Shown here: one piece after another, positions 53,201 through 62,995 of the stretch
Position numbering within the stretch: the first letter of the stretch is position 1
Layout of the letters: each line of letters begins with the position of its first letter
Source of the DNA: an uncultured Gemmatimonadales bacterium
Lineage (GTDB): Bacteria; Gemmatimonadota; Gemmatimonadetes; Gemmatimonadales; GWC2-71-9
DNA length: 64,000 nt
Direction of reading: 5' to 3'
Assembly: GCA_963698975.1 (NCBI GenBank)
Contig: CAVOSV010000003.1
Span: 517,864 to 581,863 of the forward strand
Position numbers and translations under genes: made by a program
The notes under the pieces: model-generated
What the model saw: only the letters and a program-made list of their open reading frames with translations
Databases searched by the model: none
What the model was told of the DNA's origin: nothing

Positions 53201-53305
53201 CGGAAGAGCCGGAGCCCGCAGGCCGATCTTGGGTAAAGCCGTATCGCTGAAATATCCCACGTCGGATCTGCGGCTCAGCCTGGACCTCTTCTCTGGTTGA
53301 ACCAT
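50288..53305 (-). CDS. MASE1-PAS-PAS-PAS histidine kinase (FixL-like transmitter)
   Basis: N-terminal MASE1-like membrane domain (YYLGAKLGFALTLKPSPISTLWPPNSIVLAALLL) and several PAS/PAC units (e.g. CEFRVIQSGSEPRWILAKGKTLYD, VEHRLRVSATGDYRWHLARAHPVRD). H-box LSGALAHELNQPLAAI. HATPase DRGTGIPPE...GLGLGLAICRSIV. Confidence 0.9.
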   Translation of the reverse strand: MVQPEKRSRLSRRSDVGYFSDTALPKIGLRAPALPEPKALKAALFVCLAYYLGAKLGFALTLKPSPISTLWPPNSIVLAALLLTPTRSWWLVLLGALLAHLAVQIPLGFPPALILGWYISNCSEALVGAAIVRHLVNGRLRFDRSHDVGTFFGAAFVGTLVSCFLDAGFVTLNYAAGTGFWDLWRTRLFANVLASLTLVPVIVSWSNEGFADLRHASNARQLEIGLLTAGLLLVSALVFNGEEAGFSSSAILPYVPLPFVLWAAVRAGARGTSSFLLVIAGWAIWGAVHGRGPFLTSSPAENALTIQLFMIVFSIPLLMLAAVMEERRDMEMTSRENEERLNLTLSAAQLGTWEWRVGEDSGWWSEKSNQILGLPPDRDLSLGAFLSAIVPEDRSRVQGAIQGALDEGKPYECEFRVIQSGSEPRWILAKGKTLYDGSGQPTRMLGVNVDITQQKNAEALRREEAALRESEGRLRDMANAMPQIVWTASAEGRLEYFNRRWYEMTAAAESVIPDQTWLSMTHPEDQQKTREAWLRALATGETCEVEHRLRVSATGDYRWHLARAHPVRDASGAIIRWYGSCTDIQDQKSVEQELRDTQQQLESRVNERTADLSAAVVALEAEIADRVTAERALRSSEERFSKAFHSSPHGITIIRQGDYRVVEVNEKWEMMFGHGRNEAVGCTGQELNMIVDERQASMAQQQLELDGFLHEFEMELRTRSGAILQVLLVADTMEMAGEQCFIVNVRDVSERKQAEVAAEAQRRELAHLSRVASLGELSGALAHELNQPLAAILANTRAAQRMMSRNAPDLVEIRAILEDIVVDDRRAGQVIGRLRALLKKGEMRTSAVNLNELAQEVRDLLHSELIRRRVATDIRLTSVMPLVQGDRIELQQVILNLIGNACDAMASRPADHRLLTISTSVTPDGWVELAVQDRGTGIPPERLDQIFDAFFTTKESGLGLGLAICRSIVHAHGGRLWAVNNPLGGATFHLALDPAGRHPKPAAQQ

Positions 53306-53354
53306 AGTATGGGCACTTTGGCCCAGCCCCGCCAGTAAACCAGGCCGGCGGATT

Positions 53355-53383
53355 TCAACTGGTCTAGTCTAAGGTCTAGTAAT
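53355..53383. promoter_or_regulatory. site Y: TCAACTGGTCTAGTCTAAGGTCTAGTAAT with 12-nt-spaced direct repeat GGTCTAGT
   Basis: GGTCTAGT at 53361-53368 and 53373-53380. Shares the 13-mer with site X. Lies in the divergent region between the MASE1 kinase gene (start 53305) and tamB (start 53492). Confidence 0.4.
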
Positions 53384-53491
53384 CTGCTCGATTGAGGCGG
53401 GCTACCATGTTCTGACTACCCGACTTAGCCCAGTCGTCTCTAGCCCGAAAGCGTCGCTCGCCCGGGGAGAGTCGAGGGTCGAGGTCTATCC

Positions 53492-56400
53492 GTGCTCCGC
53501 ACCATCCGCCGCGTCATGCTCATCATCATCTCGAGTGGAGTCGTTCTCCTGCTCGTGGCCCTGGCCGTGCTTCATCTGGGCGCCGACACCTGGTTAGTGA
53601 ACTCCCTGATTCGCGGCCTGATTCCCGGAGCCACCACCTCGGTGGGTGACGTAGCCGGCAACTACTTCTCCGGAATCCAACTCCGCGGAGTTCGGATTGT
53701 CCGGGACGGCAACATCGTCGTTGGCTGCGATTCGGTACGAGCCACCTATCGAATCAAGGAGCTGCTCTCGAATGATGTCAGGATCCGTCGGGTGGAGTTG
53801 TCCGGCCCACTGGTCAACCTGCAGCAGTCATCCGGCGGATCGTGGAATCCGTTTCCCCCGGAGGGCGGAAAAAGCCTTCGGAGGCAAAGTCGGACGGCCC
53901 CAAGATCGTCATCGAGCAGTTCACCATAGCGCGCGGCCTTGCAACGCTGCTCCCGAACAAACGTCCGGCCCCGCTGGCGCTCCGCTTCAATGCGACGGGC
54001 GGTGAGCTTAGATACCCGCGACTCACGGTTCGGCGCCTCCTGGCACAATCGGACTCCACCAGCGTTGTTGCCGCCGGGGCTATCGAACTCCCCGGGAGCG
54101 GCCGGGAATTGAAGCTCGCAGCAGTGAGCCTGGACTCGGGAGCACTCTGGCTGCCGGACCTGGCCGGCATTGTACCGACCCTTCGAGAAGGAGGACGCGC
54201 TCGACTCAAAGGGTCTTTCCAGGACGATGGCTCAGAAAAAGAGCTGAGTCTCGTGGCGTTGCTGGGAGATCTCCAGGTCAGACCGCTGCAAAAAGCGCTG
54301 AGCTCCCTCACCCCCGTTAGCGGGCGAATAGCGATCGACTTTCGAGGAAATCGAGCCAAGCGATTCGATGGCAGGGCTGGAGCGGAGCTGTTCGACTCGA
54401 GCGGACATCTTCGGGCAAGCCTCAAGCTGAACCAGGGTAAGGCTGACATCGAGCTGGCAGGCAGGCACAGCAGCAGCAGCATCCGGCTCGGCGGCTGGGC
54501 TCGGCTGTTCGACAGTGTTCCCAGCTACAACCTCGCTGCTCGCCTCCGAGCTCGTCCGTCCCGGGGGTCGCTGCTCCCGCCGAGCAAATGGCTGGGCAAC
54601 GCCGAGCGCGTGATTGCGGTTCGGCTCCTAGGCCAGGGACTTCCGCCCCATCGCGCCTCTGGATGGGCGGAGGCTCGAGTCGATCAGCCGCGCAGCGAGA
54701 CTGCGCTGCTTGGCTCAGGCAAAATCGACGCCCAGCTGAACGGTCAACAGGCCGAGTTCACGGCGCGGGCCGGTGTGGCAAAGGGAGCAGTGCATCTGAA
54801 GGGAACTGCGAGCTGGAGCTCTCCACTCCAGCTTCGAGTGACCCGCGGCTCGCTGGAGCAGGTCGAGCTGGCCAGGATCCTCAGCGACTCCGGATGGAAA
54901 GCCCTCACCGGCACGTTCTCCGGTGCGCTCGACCTGGAAGCCGGAGGAGGATTGCGCGTCGCGCTCCACTCTCGGCTCAACCAGACCGGGTTGAAGCTGA
55001 AGGCCCGACTCGGCCGCAGCAGATCTGTTCGTACGCTGGACCTGACGGAGCTCGGGTTCGAGCATCTCGCGCTCGACAAATTCCGGGTTTCCCAACGCTC
55101 CATGGACCTGAACGGCGATGGCTCGCTCAGCGCCGCAGGGAAAACTCTCGAGGGTTCCCAGATAACCGGCCATCTGGAGCTGAGAGGCAGCCGGTTCGAG
55201 CGAGAGGAGATCAGCCGAGCTCAGTTGACAGCGAGACTCGAGCACCGAGAGGTGCTCACTCGCGCAGAGATAGATGCTGCTTCCGGCCGGCTGGCCTTGT
55301 CCGGTACGCTTCGGCCGTTCGACCCTGAGCCCAGCCTCCGCCTGCGCCCGACCAGATTCACCGATCTCGATCTCGGCCGGTTACTGAACAAGCCAAAGCT
55401 TAGGACTCGTTTGTCGGGGACGTTGACCGGTGAGGGAGAGGGGCGCAACCCGAAGAATGCCACGATTGCAGCCACGCTCGAGCTGGATCCTTCCACGGTC
55501 AACCGTCTCGCCCTGGATGGAGGACGAATCGAGACGACGTTGGACGGCGGCCAGCTCGAGGTCGTTGGCCGGGTGAGGAGCCAGGGTGACAGTCTGGTGA
55601 TCGGCGCAGCACTCACTCCTTTCGAGTCGCGCCCGAAAGTGAAGTTGGTGACCCGGGTGCCGCTGGCCCAGCTCTCCTCCGTTTTGCGGTCCAATGACTC
55701 GCTGGAGACAGCAGGCGCCGCGTACCTGGCGCTGTCCGGCACCCTGGGTCGCTCCGACAGCATGCGATTGCAGGCAGAGCTGCAGGCCGATGGCCGGGTT
55801 GGTGGAGTGAAGCTGGATTCGCTGAGAGCCAGGCTGCGCTTGCAGGATGGAATGGTGGAGGTGGACAGCCTCTCAGTTGAGAGCAACGTGGGAGTCGCTA
55901 CGGCAGCGGGTGTGGTCGGCTTGTTCGGCGCAGCGCAGTCGGCTCCCAGCGGACTTCGCCTTCGCGCCAGACTGGATAGCCTGGCCCCACTTGCTCCCTT
56001 CATCGGGATGGACCTGGGCCTGGACTCGGGAAGGATCGATCTCACAGCCGGAGGAAGCAGGAACCATCTGCGCCTGACCGCGAGTCTTACCGCGACCGGA
56101 TTGACGAGAGGCACGCAAAGGCTGGATCAGCTCGCGGCAACTGTGGCCGCGCGTCTGGAGAAAAATCACCCCGCCTCCGGCATGGCCCGGGTGACGGCAC
56201 GCGGGATCCGAACCCGGAAGACTTCGGTTCAATCAATCGAGGTCCAGGCCAGCGGGGCCGGCGGTGAGTTGGCGGTGCGAGGAGAAGCGCTGATCGACTC
56301 CCGAAGTAACCTGCGAACGGTGGCGCGGCTCCGCCGAGAGCATCAGGGGCTTCGGGTACAGCTGGACTCGCTCAATATCCTCTCGAACCAGCGTCCATGG

Positions 56401-58230
56401 GCCTTGCGTCATCCGGTGGACATGCTCCTCGGGGACAGCACTCGGGTCGACGATTTCGTGCTCGCATCGGAAGCACATCGGGTGGCGGTGAACGGCATCA
56501 TCAACCGAAGAGGCGATCAGGATTTCCAGGTAGACATCGATGCGATGCGGATTCAGCCGATCGGGCACCTGCTCGGAGCGGGTCAGCTGGATGGCGAGCT
56601 CAACGCCTCCGCGCGTGTTAAGGGCCCGGCGGCGGCACCGGACCTGCAGGCCGAGTGGGACGTTGCGTTGCGCTCCCGCGACCGTGACCTGGGCACGGTG
56701 CGGGGACGAGCCGGGTGGAACACTCAGGGACTGAGAATCGACGGCAGGGTTGCGCTGCCGAAGAGTGACAGTTTGTCGCTGAAAGGGCGGCTGCCCTTGT
56801 CCTTGTCGCTTTCGTCCAGCGACTCGGGCCGCGGAATAGCGGCGCGCATCCCGGGCGGCGAGCTAGTGCTCGATGCGGTTGGTGACAACGTAGACATCAG
56901 CAAATTGCAGCCGCTATTCGATCCCGAAAAGCTAGAACTTGGGGGGCGGCTGTTCTTGAATGCCCACGCTCGAGGAAGCTTCGAAGCGCTACGCCTTGCG
57001 GGAGACATCGTCGTGCGTCAGGCAGAGTTCAGGATCAGACCCCTGGCCAAGTACCATGACGGACTGCTCCGCCTGGCTTTGGACGGCGCAGAGGCGCGAA
57101 TTGTCGAGGGCCGCTTCGAGTCAGGCAAGGGAGAGGCAACCCTCGCCGGGAAGATCGGCTTCGACCGGTTTCCCCAGCTTACGCTGAACATCGGAGCAAA
57201 GGTCCGGAACTTTGCGGCTCTCTCGGATGACCAGCTCCGGGCCAGCGCGACCGGCGAGGTGCATTTGGGCGGCAACGTCAAGAACCCCCGCCTCTCGATC
57301 ACGGCCCGGCTGCAGAACACCGATTGGTATCTCAAGGCCAAGAACCTCCAGACCTCCGCCGAACCCGTCGAGCTGTCGCCCGAAGACCTCCGGATCCTGG
57401 AGCAGCGATTCGGCCCGGAAGTCGTCACCCAGTCGAAAAAAGTGAAGGGACTGCTTCCGCTCTGGGGGCTCGACTGGAAGCTCGCGTTGGGGGACAACGT
57501 CTGGCTCCGCCGCCGGAGCGATCCGGTGATGGCCGTCGAGCTCGCGGGAAATCTCGAGGTAAGAAAGGAGCCAAACCAGGAGCTCCAGGCCTTCGGAAAG
57601 ATTGAGCCGGTGCTGGGGCGCAGCTTCGTGCAGTTGATGAGCCGGCGCTTCGACCTCAAGACCGGCGATGTAACCCTCAACGGCCCACTCAAGCAGACCC
57701 GGGTCGGGCTGGAGGCGGAGTATCGAACCACTGAGGCCGGCGGCTCGACACCTATCGTGATCCTTGCGACCGTGAAATCCGACACCGGGCTGGTGGTACA
57801 GCTCGACTCCCGGCCGGCCATGCGTGAAGCCGACATCATGTCCTATCTGACCACCGGTCGGCCGGCCAGCACCGACCCGACGCTCCAGTCGGACGAGCAG
57901 GACGTCCTCTCCGCCGGCGCAGGACTCGCCGTAGGAGCAGCGCTTGGCAGCGTCGCAGGAAAGGCGGGCCAAAGTCTGGGGCTCGACGTAGTGCAGATAC
58001 TCCAGGATCGGCAGGGTGGTCAGACAGTGGTCGCCGGCAAATACGTATCTGCTCCACTCTACCTCGGCTTCCGCCAGCCCATCGTGCCCGCGTCCAGCGA
58101 CTCCCGCTCGAGCAGCAGTCAGCAGGATGCGGTGGAGCTGGAGATGGAATACGCGGCGCTGCGCGACATCCTGGTCAATCTGCAGGCCGGAGGAAGCCAG
58201 ATGCGGGTCTTCCTCAAGCTGCGGCGGTAA
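53492..58230 (+). pseudogene. tamB: TamB-like translocation and assembly module protein (DUF490 C-terminus) with an apparent 1-nt deletion near 53855-53873
   Basis: ORF 53492..53929 gives the signal anchor and first repeats (MLRTIRRVMLIIISSGVVLLLVALAVL...RRVELSGPLVNLQQS). ORF 53842..58230 continues in the -1 frame (..KKPSEAKSDGPKIVIEQFTIARG..) to a DUF490-like end (GKYVSAPLYLGFRQ). The break lies at C5/A5 runs. Confidence 0.7.
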
Positions 58231-58235
58231 ACTGA

Positions 58236-60392
58236 GTGCGCGCTCGAGCTGGGGTGGTAGGGCTGGTTCTGGTGGCCTTGATTGGCCCGGCCGGCCGCGC
58301 CTGGAGCCAATCGCCCTATACCGACATCCGCGCTTCGGCCGAGGTGGGATCGATTGGATTCCGCTTCAGCGGAACCGAGAGCTTTTCCTCTGCCGACCTG
58401 GGCGCAGTGCTGGCTCTGAAAGGTCGCAAGTCCCTCTACAAAGTTCGCGAGATTGCGGCGGCGCTGCCGCTGATCGGACCACCCCCAAAGTATCGCTTCG
58501 ACCCGGTCGAGCTGCAGAAAGACGTGGTGCGGCTCACCCGGTTTTATCGACGTTCCGGATTCCTGCGTCCTGCGGTTGACTACGAGCTTCACCCTGACGA
58601 TCAGGGGGACCTGGTCGACGTGACGTTCGTGATCTCGGAAGGTCCGTTCGTCCGACTGGGTGAGTTGTGGGTGGCAAAGCGAGCCGGCCAGGCAGAGGCG
58701 CCCTTTCCCGACTCGTTGCAGCCGGCGTGGACCAAGCTCGAGAGGGAGTTGGCCAAGGCGCGCGGTCACCGCTTCGGCGACGACGAAACAGCGTTGATGG
58801 AGGAGACAACCCGGGCCTGGCTTCACAACCACGGATATCCCCTCGCCAAAGTTCAGGCGGCTCGCCAGGCCGACTCCAATCAGGTGGACGTCACCCTGCG
58901 GGTAGAGCCGGGCCGGCGGCAGCGGGTGGGACAGGTGACCGTCGATGGCCAGCGCTCGGTCAGCGACCGGGTCATTCTGCGCGAGCTCCCCTTCCGCCCT
59001 GGAGATTGGTATTCAGCCCAGGATTTGGTTGACGGAAGGCAACGTCTCCAGCAGATCGACCTGTTCCGCCAGGCACAGCTCAATCTGGACTTCAAACAGC
59101 CGACCGACACGCAGGTCGGTGTGCGAGTGGAGGTCCTCGAAGGGGGTCCTCGGGTGACGCTCGCAGAGCTGGGATACATCTCGGAGGGGGCGGGCATCTC
59201 AGGCCGGGTCCAGTGGACCCACCCGAACTTTACCGGAGGAGCACGGAGTCTGACGGCAACGCTGGAGGGGCAGAGTGGAATCGGCTCGGTAGCCACCCAC
59301 GAGGAGAAGCTGCTTCGGGGATCGCTCACCCTCACTCAGCCTTACATCCACGTGCCCCAGCTCTCCCTCGGCATCGGCCCCTTCACCGAATACCGCGACG
59401 ACCTGAGGGATCGCTCAGTCAGCGTCGGTGTTTCCGGGATCTTCCTCTATCGTCTCGCCAGCCTCTCCACTATTGCGCTGGAATACCGGTACGAGGCCAG
59501 CCACATCTACGAGTACCGTTTTGGCACCTCGTCAGACGGAACCATCACCCTGGCCCGGCTGCTCGCCCTCAACAATCCGGCGCTCCAGGACTCGCTGGGC
59601 CAGGATATCGACAAGAGCTCGGTGACATTGACCGGCTCGTTCGGCAAAGCCGATAACCTGGCCAATCCTCGAAAGGGGTGGTCCATCCGTCCCCGGGCGG
59701 AGATCACGGTCCCGTCCGGAATCACGACCGTGCAGTTCGGACGACTGGACCTGACGCTCGCGGGTTATCATCCGATCAGCCGAAAAACAACACTGGCCGC
59801 CCGCCTGTCGCTCGGCCGGCTATTCCCTTTTGGGAAGAGTGTGCCGCTTCCGGGTGACAGTCCGGTGTTCTCCCTGATCCGCCTGCGCGACGAGACGATG
59901 ACCGCAGGCGGGACCGACGATGTGCGCGGCTGGGGCAGCCGACTCCTTGGCCCCAAGTTCCCCGCGGTCGAGGCCCATATACAAGGAAGCGATACCGTTC
60001 TCTCCGCCGACAGCTACGTACCGGCGGGAATGCTGGCGCGACTCGCCGGAACCGTGGAACTCCGGTTTCCCTTTCCGGGCCTGACGAGTGCCTGGGGAGC
60101 TCAGCTGTTTATGGACCTGGGCAAGGTGTGGACTCCGGATACCGGTTTCAAACTCGCGGTATTGGAGGGCGACACCGACCTTCGTTTCTCGCTGGGCACC
60201 GGGATCAGTTACCAGACGCCGGTCGGCGCCATTCGCCTGGGGCTGGGCTACAAGCTGAATCCGTCCGACCTGGATGTCCGAGACGCTGGAGAGGTATTGG
60301 CTGCGTTGGAGCAGGGCTTACCGGCAACGACGGCGGAAACGGATTGGTCGCGGCGGCTGCATCTTCACCTCTCCTTCGGCATGACCCTGTAA
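58236..60392 (+). CDS. TamA/BamA-family outer membrane protein (POTRA + Omp85 barrel)
   Basis: Signal peptide ...GRAWSQS, POTRA-like N-terminal repeats and an Omp85 barrel ending RLHLHLSFGMTL. GTG start 5 nt after the tamB stop. Confidence 0.8.
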   Translation: MRARAGVVGLVLVALIGPAGRAWSQSPYTDIRASAEVGSIGFRFSGTESFSSADLGAVLALKGRKSLYKVREIAAALPLIGPPPKYRFDPVELQKDVVRLTRFYRRSGFLRPAVDYELHPDDQGDLVDVTFVISEGPFVRLGELWVAKRAGQAEAPFPDSLQPAWTKLERELAKARGHRFGDDETALMEETTRAWLHNHGYPLAKVQAARQADSNQVDVTLRVEPGRRQRVGQVTVDGQRSVSDRVILRELPFRPGDWYSAQDLVDGRQRLQQIDLFRQAQLNLDFKQPTDTQVGVRVEVLEGGPRVTLAELGYISEGAGISGRVQWTHPNFTGGARSLTATLEGQSGIGSVATHEEKLLRGSLTLTQPYIHVPQLSLGIGPFTEYRDDLRDRSVSVGVSGIFLYRLASLSTIALEYRYEASHIYEYRFGTSSDGTITLARLLALNNPALQDSLGQDIDKSSVTLTGSFGKADNLANPRKGWSIRPRAEITVPSGITTVQFGRLDLTLAGYHPISRKTTLAARLSLGRLFPFGKSVPLPGDSPVFSLIRLRDETMTAGGTDDVRGWGSRLLGPKFPAVEAHIQGSDTVLSADSYVPAGMLARLAGTVELRFPFPGLTSAWGAQLFMDLGKVWTPDTGFKLAVLEGDTDLRFSLGTGISYQTPVGAIRLGLGYKLNPSDLDVRDAGEVLAALEQGLPATTAETDWSRRLHLHLSFGMTL

Positions 60393-60393
60393 G

Positions 60394-60927
60394 TCAGCGG
60401 CTCTTCGTTTCTTTCTTAAGAATGCGCACCACTGCGAGTATCGTGTTCCAGTTCCGGGTGGTCACCGGAACGCTGAAGAGCTTGTCGATCTGGCCCAGGT
60501 AGCCGATCGTCCGCATGTGACGGCGATATTCTCCGAACACGAAGCAGCCCTCTGACCCGATCAGTCGGACCAGCCAGTCTCCCTCTCGAGGAAAGGCCAG
60601 CGGAAGAGTCTCCCGCGCTCGCCCGGATTTCGTGAGTACGGTAAGAAATCGAACTACTTCGGGCGGACGTTCCGCTGCGAATGGATTGTCCGTCTCGATC
60701 CGGAGCAGATCGCGACCCTCGCAGATGGCCACCTCCGCCTGGAACGGCAGCTTTCGCAGCAGCTCGGTGCGGAAGCGGCTGCTGGCGCCGGGCTTGCGCA
60801 CCACGAACGTCCCGGCCGCTCCCACATTTACCACATCGTACTGTTTCAGCTCTTGGGCCAGCAGGCTAGGACGGAACGTCCGATGGCCGCCCACATTTAC
60901 GCCGCGGAGAAACACCACCAGCGCCAA
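60394..60927 (-). CDS. DUF1697 domain-containing protein
   Basis: MALVVFLRGVNVGGHRTFRPSLLAQELKQYDVVNVGAAGTFVV is the typical DUF1697 N-terminus. Confidence 0.75.
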   Translation of the reverse strand: MALVVFLRGVNVGGHRTFRPSLLAQELKQYDVVNVGAAGTFVVRKPGASSRFRTELLRKLPFQAEVAICEGRDLLRIETDNPFAAERPPEVVRFLTVLTKSGRARETLPLAFPREGDWLVRLIGSEGCFVFGEYRRHMRTIGYLGQIDKLFSVPVTTRNWNTILAVVRILKKETKSR

Positions 60928-60930
60928 CGG

Positions 60931-61494
60931 TCAGGCACCTCGCTCCCGTGGCACCTCGTACTTGAGTTCGGCGAACCCGGTTCCAACTGCACGGACCGAC
61001 ACCAGCCGAAGCGGCGGACTGGCGATTCTGCGCGGCAGAAGCGGCTTTCCTGCTCCCAATGTCACCGAGCCGATCTGCACGTGGATCTCGTCGAGCAGAC
61101 CCTGATCGTAGAACTGCCCGGCAAGATCGCCTCCACCCACGATCCAGACGTTCTTGCCTCCAGCGGCCTGCACCATAGCCTGATGCACCGGGCGCACGTC
61201 TCCCCTCGCGAATCGGATATCGGCACCCGCGACTCCCGGCAGTTCGCGGGAGGTGAAGACCCAGGCAGGCAGGTCGTAGGGCCAGGGTTGCGGATGATCG
61301 GCCTCAGGGCCAACCACGTGGCGCAACATCCACTGGTAGGTGGCGGAGCCCATTGCAAGCGCGCCCACCTCAGCAATGAAACTCGGGTAGCTGGTTTCGG
61401 AGACGTCGCCTAGCGGAAACAGCCAATCCAGCGAGTCGTCCGGATCGGCAATGAAGCCGTCCAGGCTGGTGGCGGTGAAGTACTGGGTTTTCAT
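60931..61494 (-). CDS. dihydrofolate reductase-like (RibD C-terminal domain) family protein
   Basis: Start MKTQYFTATSLDGFIADPDDSLDWLF at 61494 (ATGA overlap with the upstream stop), then NVWIVGGGDLAGQFYDQGLLDEIHV. Confidence 0.75.
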   Translation of the reverse strand: MKTQYFTATSLDGFIADPDDSLDWLFPLGDVSETSYPSFIAEVGALAMGSATYQWMLRHVVGPEADHPQPWPYDLPAWVFTSRELPGVAGADIRFARGDVRPVHQAMVQAAGGKNVWIVGGGDLAGQFYDQGLLDEIHVQIGSVTLGAGKPLLPRRIASPPLRLVSVRAVGTGFAELKYEVPRERGA

Positions 61495-61823
61495 AGCCGA
61501 GCCGCGAGCCTCTTCGACGCCCGCTTCCGCCATGCCGATGTCAGGGCCTCGAAGACCGGGCCTTTGCGAGCGGACCGCAGCCTCACGTTGGTGCAGCCTG
61601 CTCGGCCCCACGCGCCAGGAACAGGAGTGAAGGTCTCGGGATCGGCTCGCACCAGCCATTCCTGCTCCTCCGGCGCGAGCTTGATCATTGCCCAACCACG
61701 GCCCGGGTAGCCCAGGGTTGCGAAGATTCGGTTTCTTACCCGGAAGTCCGGATGGCCCATGTGAGCGGATTCAGCAACTTCGGGCAGGCTCAGTGCCAGC
61801 CGGCGGAACTCCTGAGCGGTCAC
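61491..61823 (-). CDS. MmcQ/YjbR family DNA-binding protein
   Basis: 110 aa. FRRLALSLPEVAESAHMGHPDFRVRNRIFATL. Confidence 0.65.
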   Translation of the reverse strand: MTAQEFRRLALSLPEVAESAHMGHPDFRVRNRIFATLGYPGRGWAMIKLAPEEQEWLVRADPETFTPVPGAWGRAGCTNVRLRSARKGPVFEALTSAWRKRASKRLAARL

Positions 61824-61839
61824 TGGCAGCCGGGTCTCG

Positions 61840-62256
61840 CTACCGGGACCAGCAGCTCGAGCTTGCCCGGACCACTCGAGCTCCTCCGTCGCGCCCTACG
61901 AGCTGCAGCTCGATAGATTCGTTCTGGCACATTTTCTCATCGGAAAAGACAAACACCTGTGCCGTGTCGCCCTGCTGCTTGCCGGCCGAAGCCTGCATCC
62001 ACCGCTCCCAATGCGCGAGCGATCCATGGTGCGCAAGCCCTGCCGTGAGACCCCAGCTAACGGCCGCCGTGGAGGCGGATAGCCGCGCCAGCCCGGCTGA
62101 ATCCTGGCGAGCGGCGGCGTGGATGTAGCCGCGAATCGGCTTGGAGTACTCGGTTCCCGGAAAGTCGGCAGAATACGGTTGCCAGACCAACGTTCCGAAT
62201 CCAAGCGCCGCCAGGCCGAGGACGGTGAGATAGACCGGCATGCTGGAGTTGATCAT
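61840..62256 (-). CDS. hypothetical secreted/membrane-anchored protein
   Basis: N-terminal hydrophobic segment PVYLTVLGLAALGFGTLVW. No family recognised. Confidence 0.45.
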   Translation of the reverse strand: MINSSMPVYLTVLGLAALGFGTLVWQPYSADFPGTEYSKPIRGYIHAAARQDSAGLARLSASTAAVSWGLTAGLAHHGSLAHWERWMQASAGKQQGDTAQVFVFSDEKMCQNESIELQLVGRDGGARVVRASSSCWSR

Positions 62257-62279
62257 GAATCTGCCACTCCTGGTAATAA

Positions 62280-62738
62280 TCAGCCTGTGGCCTTGAAGCG
62301 TGGTCGAACCCGGCGGCTTACTAAATATGCGATCATCGCTCCCCCGATCGGCAGGCCGATGAGAGTGCGGCGGTCGCCCCGGACCAGAGCGTTGGACACA
62401 TCGCCTACCAGATTCACGCTGAGCACCGCTACCGCCAGGCGATGACCCCAGAGTTTTCCCAGCCAGAGTCCGATAGACGCGCCAGCGCAGCCCGCTGCGA
62501 CCAGCAGCATGAGCGGCACGGCCCAGTTACCCATTGCTTGGAAGCCGGTGCGCGCCGCGGGATTGAATCGCCACAGCTGGTCGGACCAATTGCCCGGCGC
62601 GGCCAAGGCCACTGCCGTTACGGCGCTCATGAGAGTACCAAACCCAAAGAACAGCGATAGCAGCACGAGACCGGCCGGACGAGCACTGGCTTCCACGGGT
62701 GTGCCTTTATGCCTCTCTCCGAGCGGTGGCGCCCACAT
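62280..62738 (-). CDS. hypothetical membrane protein (4 TM)
   Basis: Hydrophobic helices LVLLSLFFGFGTLMSAVTAVALAA, WAVPLMLLVAAGCAGASIGLWL, LAVAVLSVNLVGDV and LIGLPIGGAMIAYLV. Confidence 0.5.
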   Translation of the reverse strand: MWAPPLGERHKGTPVEASARPAGLVLLSLFFGFGTLMSAVTAVALAAPGNWSDQLWRFNPAARTGFQAMGNWAVPLMLLVAAGCAGASIGLWLGKLWGHRLAVAVLSVNLVGDVSNALVRGDRRTLIGLPIGGAMIAYLVSRRVRPRFKATG

Positions 62739-62913
62739 CAGCGACGATGAAGGTAGGCACCGCTGCGTTCAGCCACACGCCGGAAGACTGTGCTCCGAGG
62801 ATATCGGTCATTGGCATCCCAGTCAGCATGGGTGATCCTGATTTATTCCCTTGGGCTTCCCTTCGCAATGTTGAGCGCAGGGTCCTTCCTGCACTCCACC
62901 CGGCTCCGCTCCA

Positions 62914-62946
62914 GACTCCCGATTCGTGACTCGCGACTCGCGACTA
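62914..62946 (+). repeat. five phased heptads GACTCCC GATTCGT GACTCGC GACTCGC GACTA (same array type as 12475-12533)
   Basis: CGTGACTCGCGACTCGCGACTAC at 62925-62947 versus CGTGACTCGCGACTCGTGACTCGCGACTAC at 12505-12534. Confidence 0.8.
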
Positions 62947-62995
62947 CGGCTCCATATTGTGCAGCGCTCCTCGACGGCGGCGTCTCCCCGCGAGC

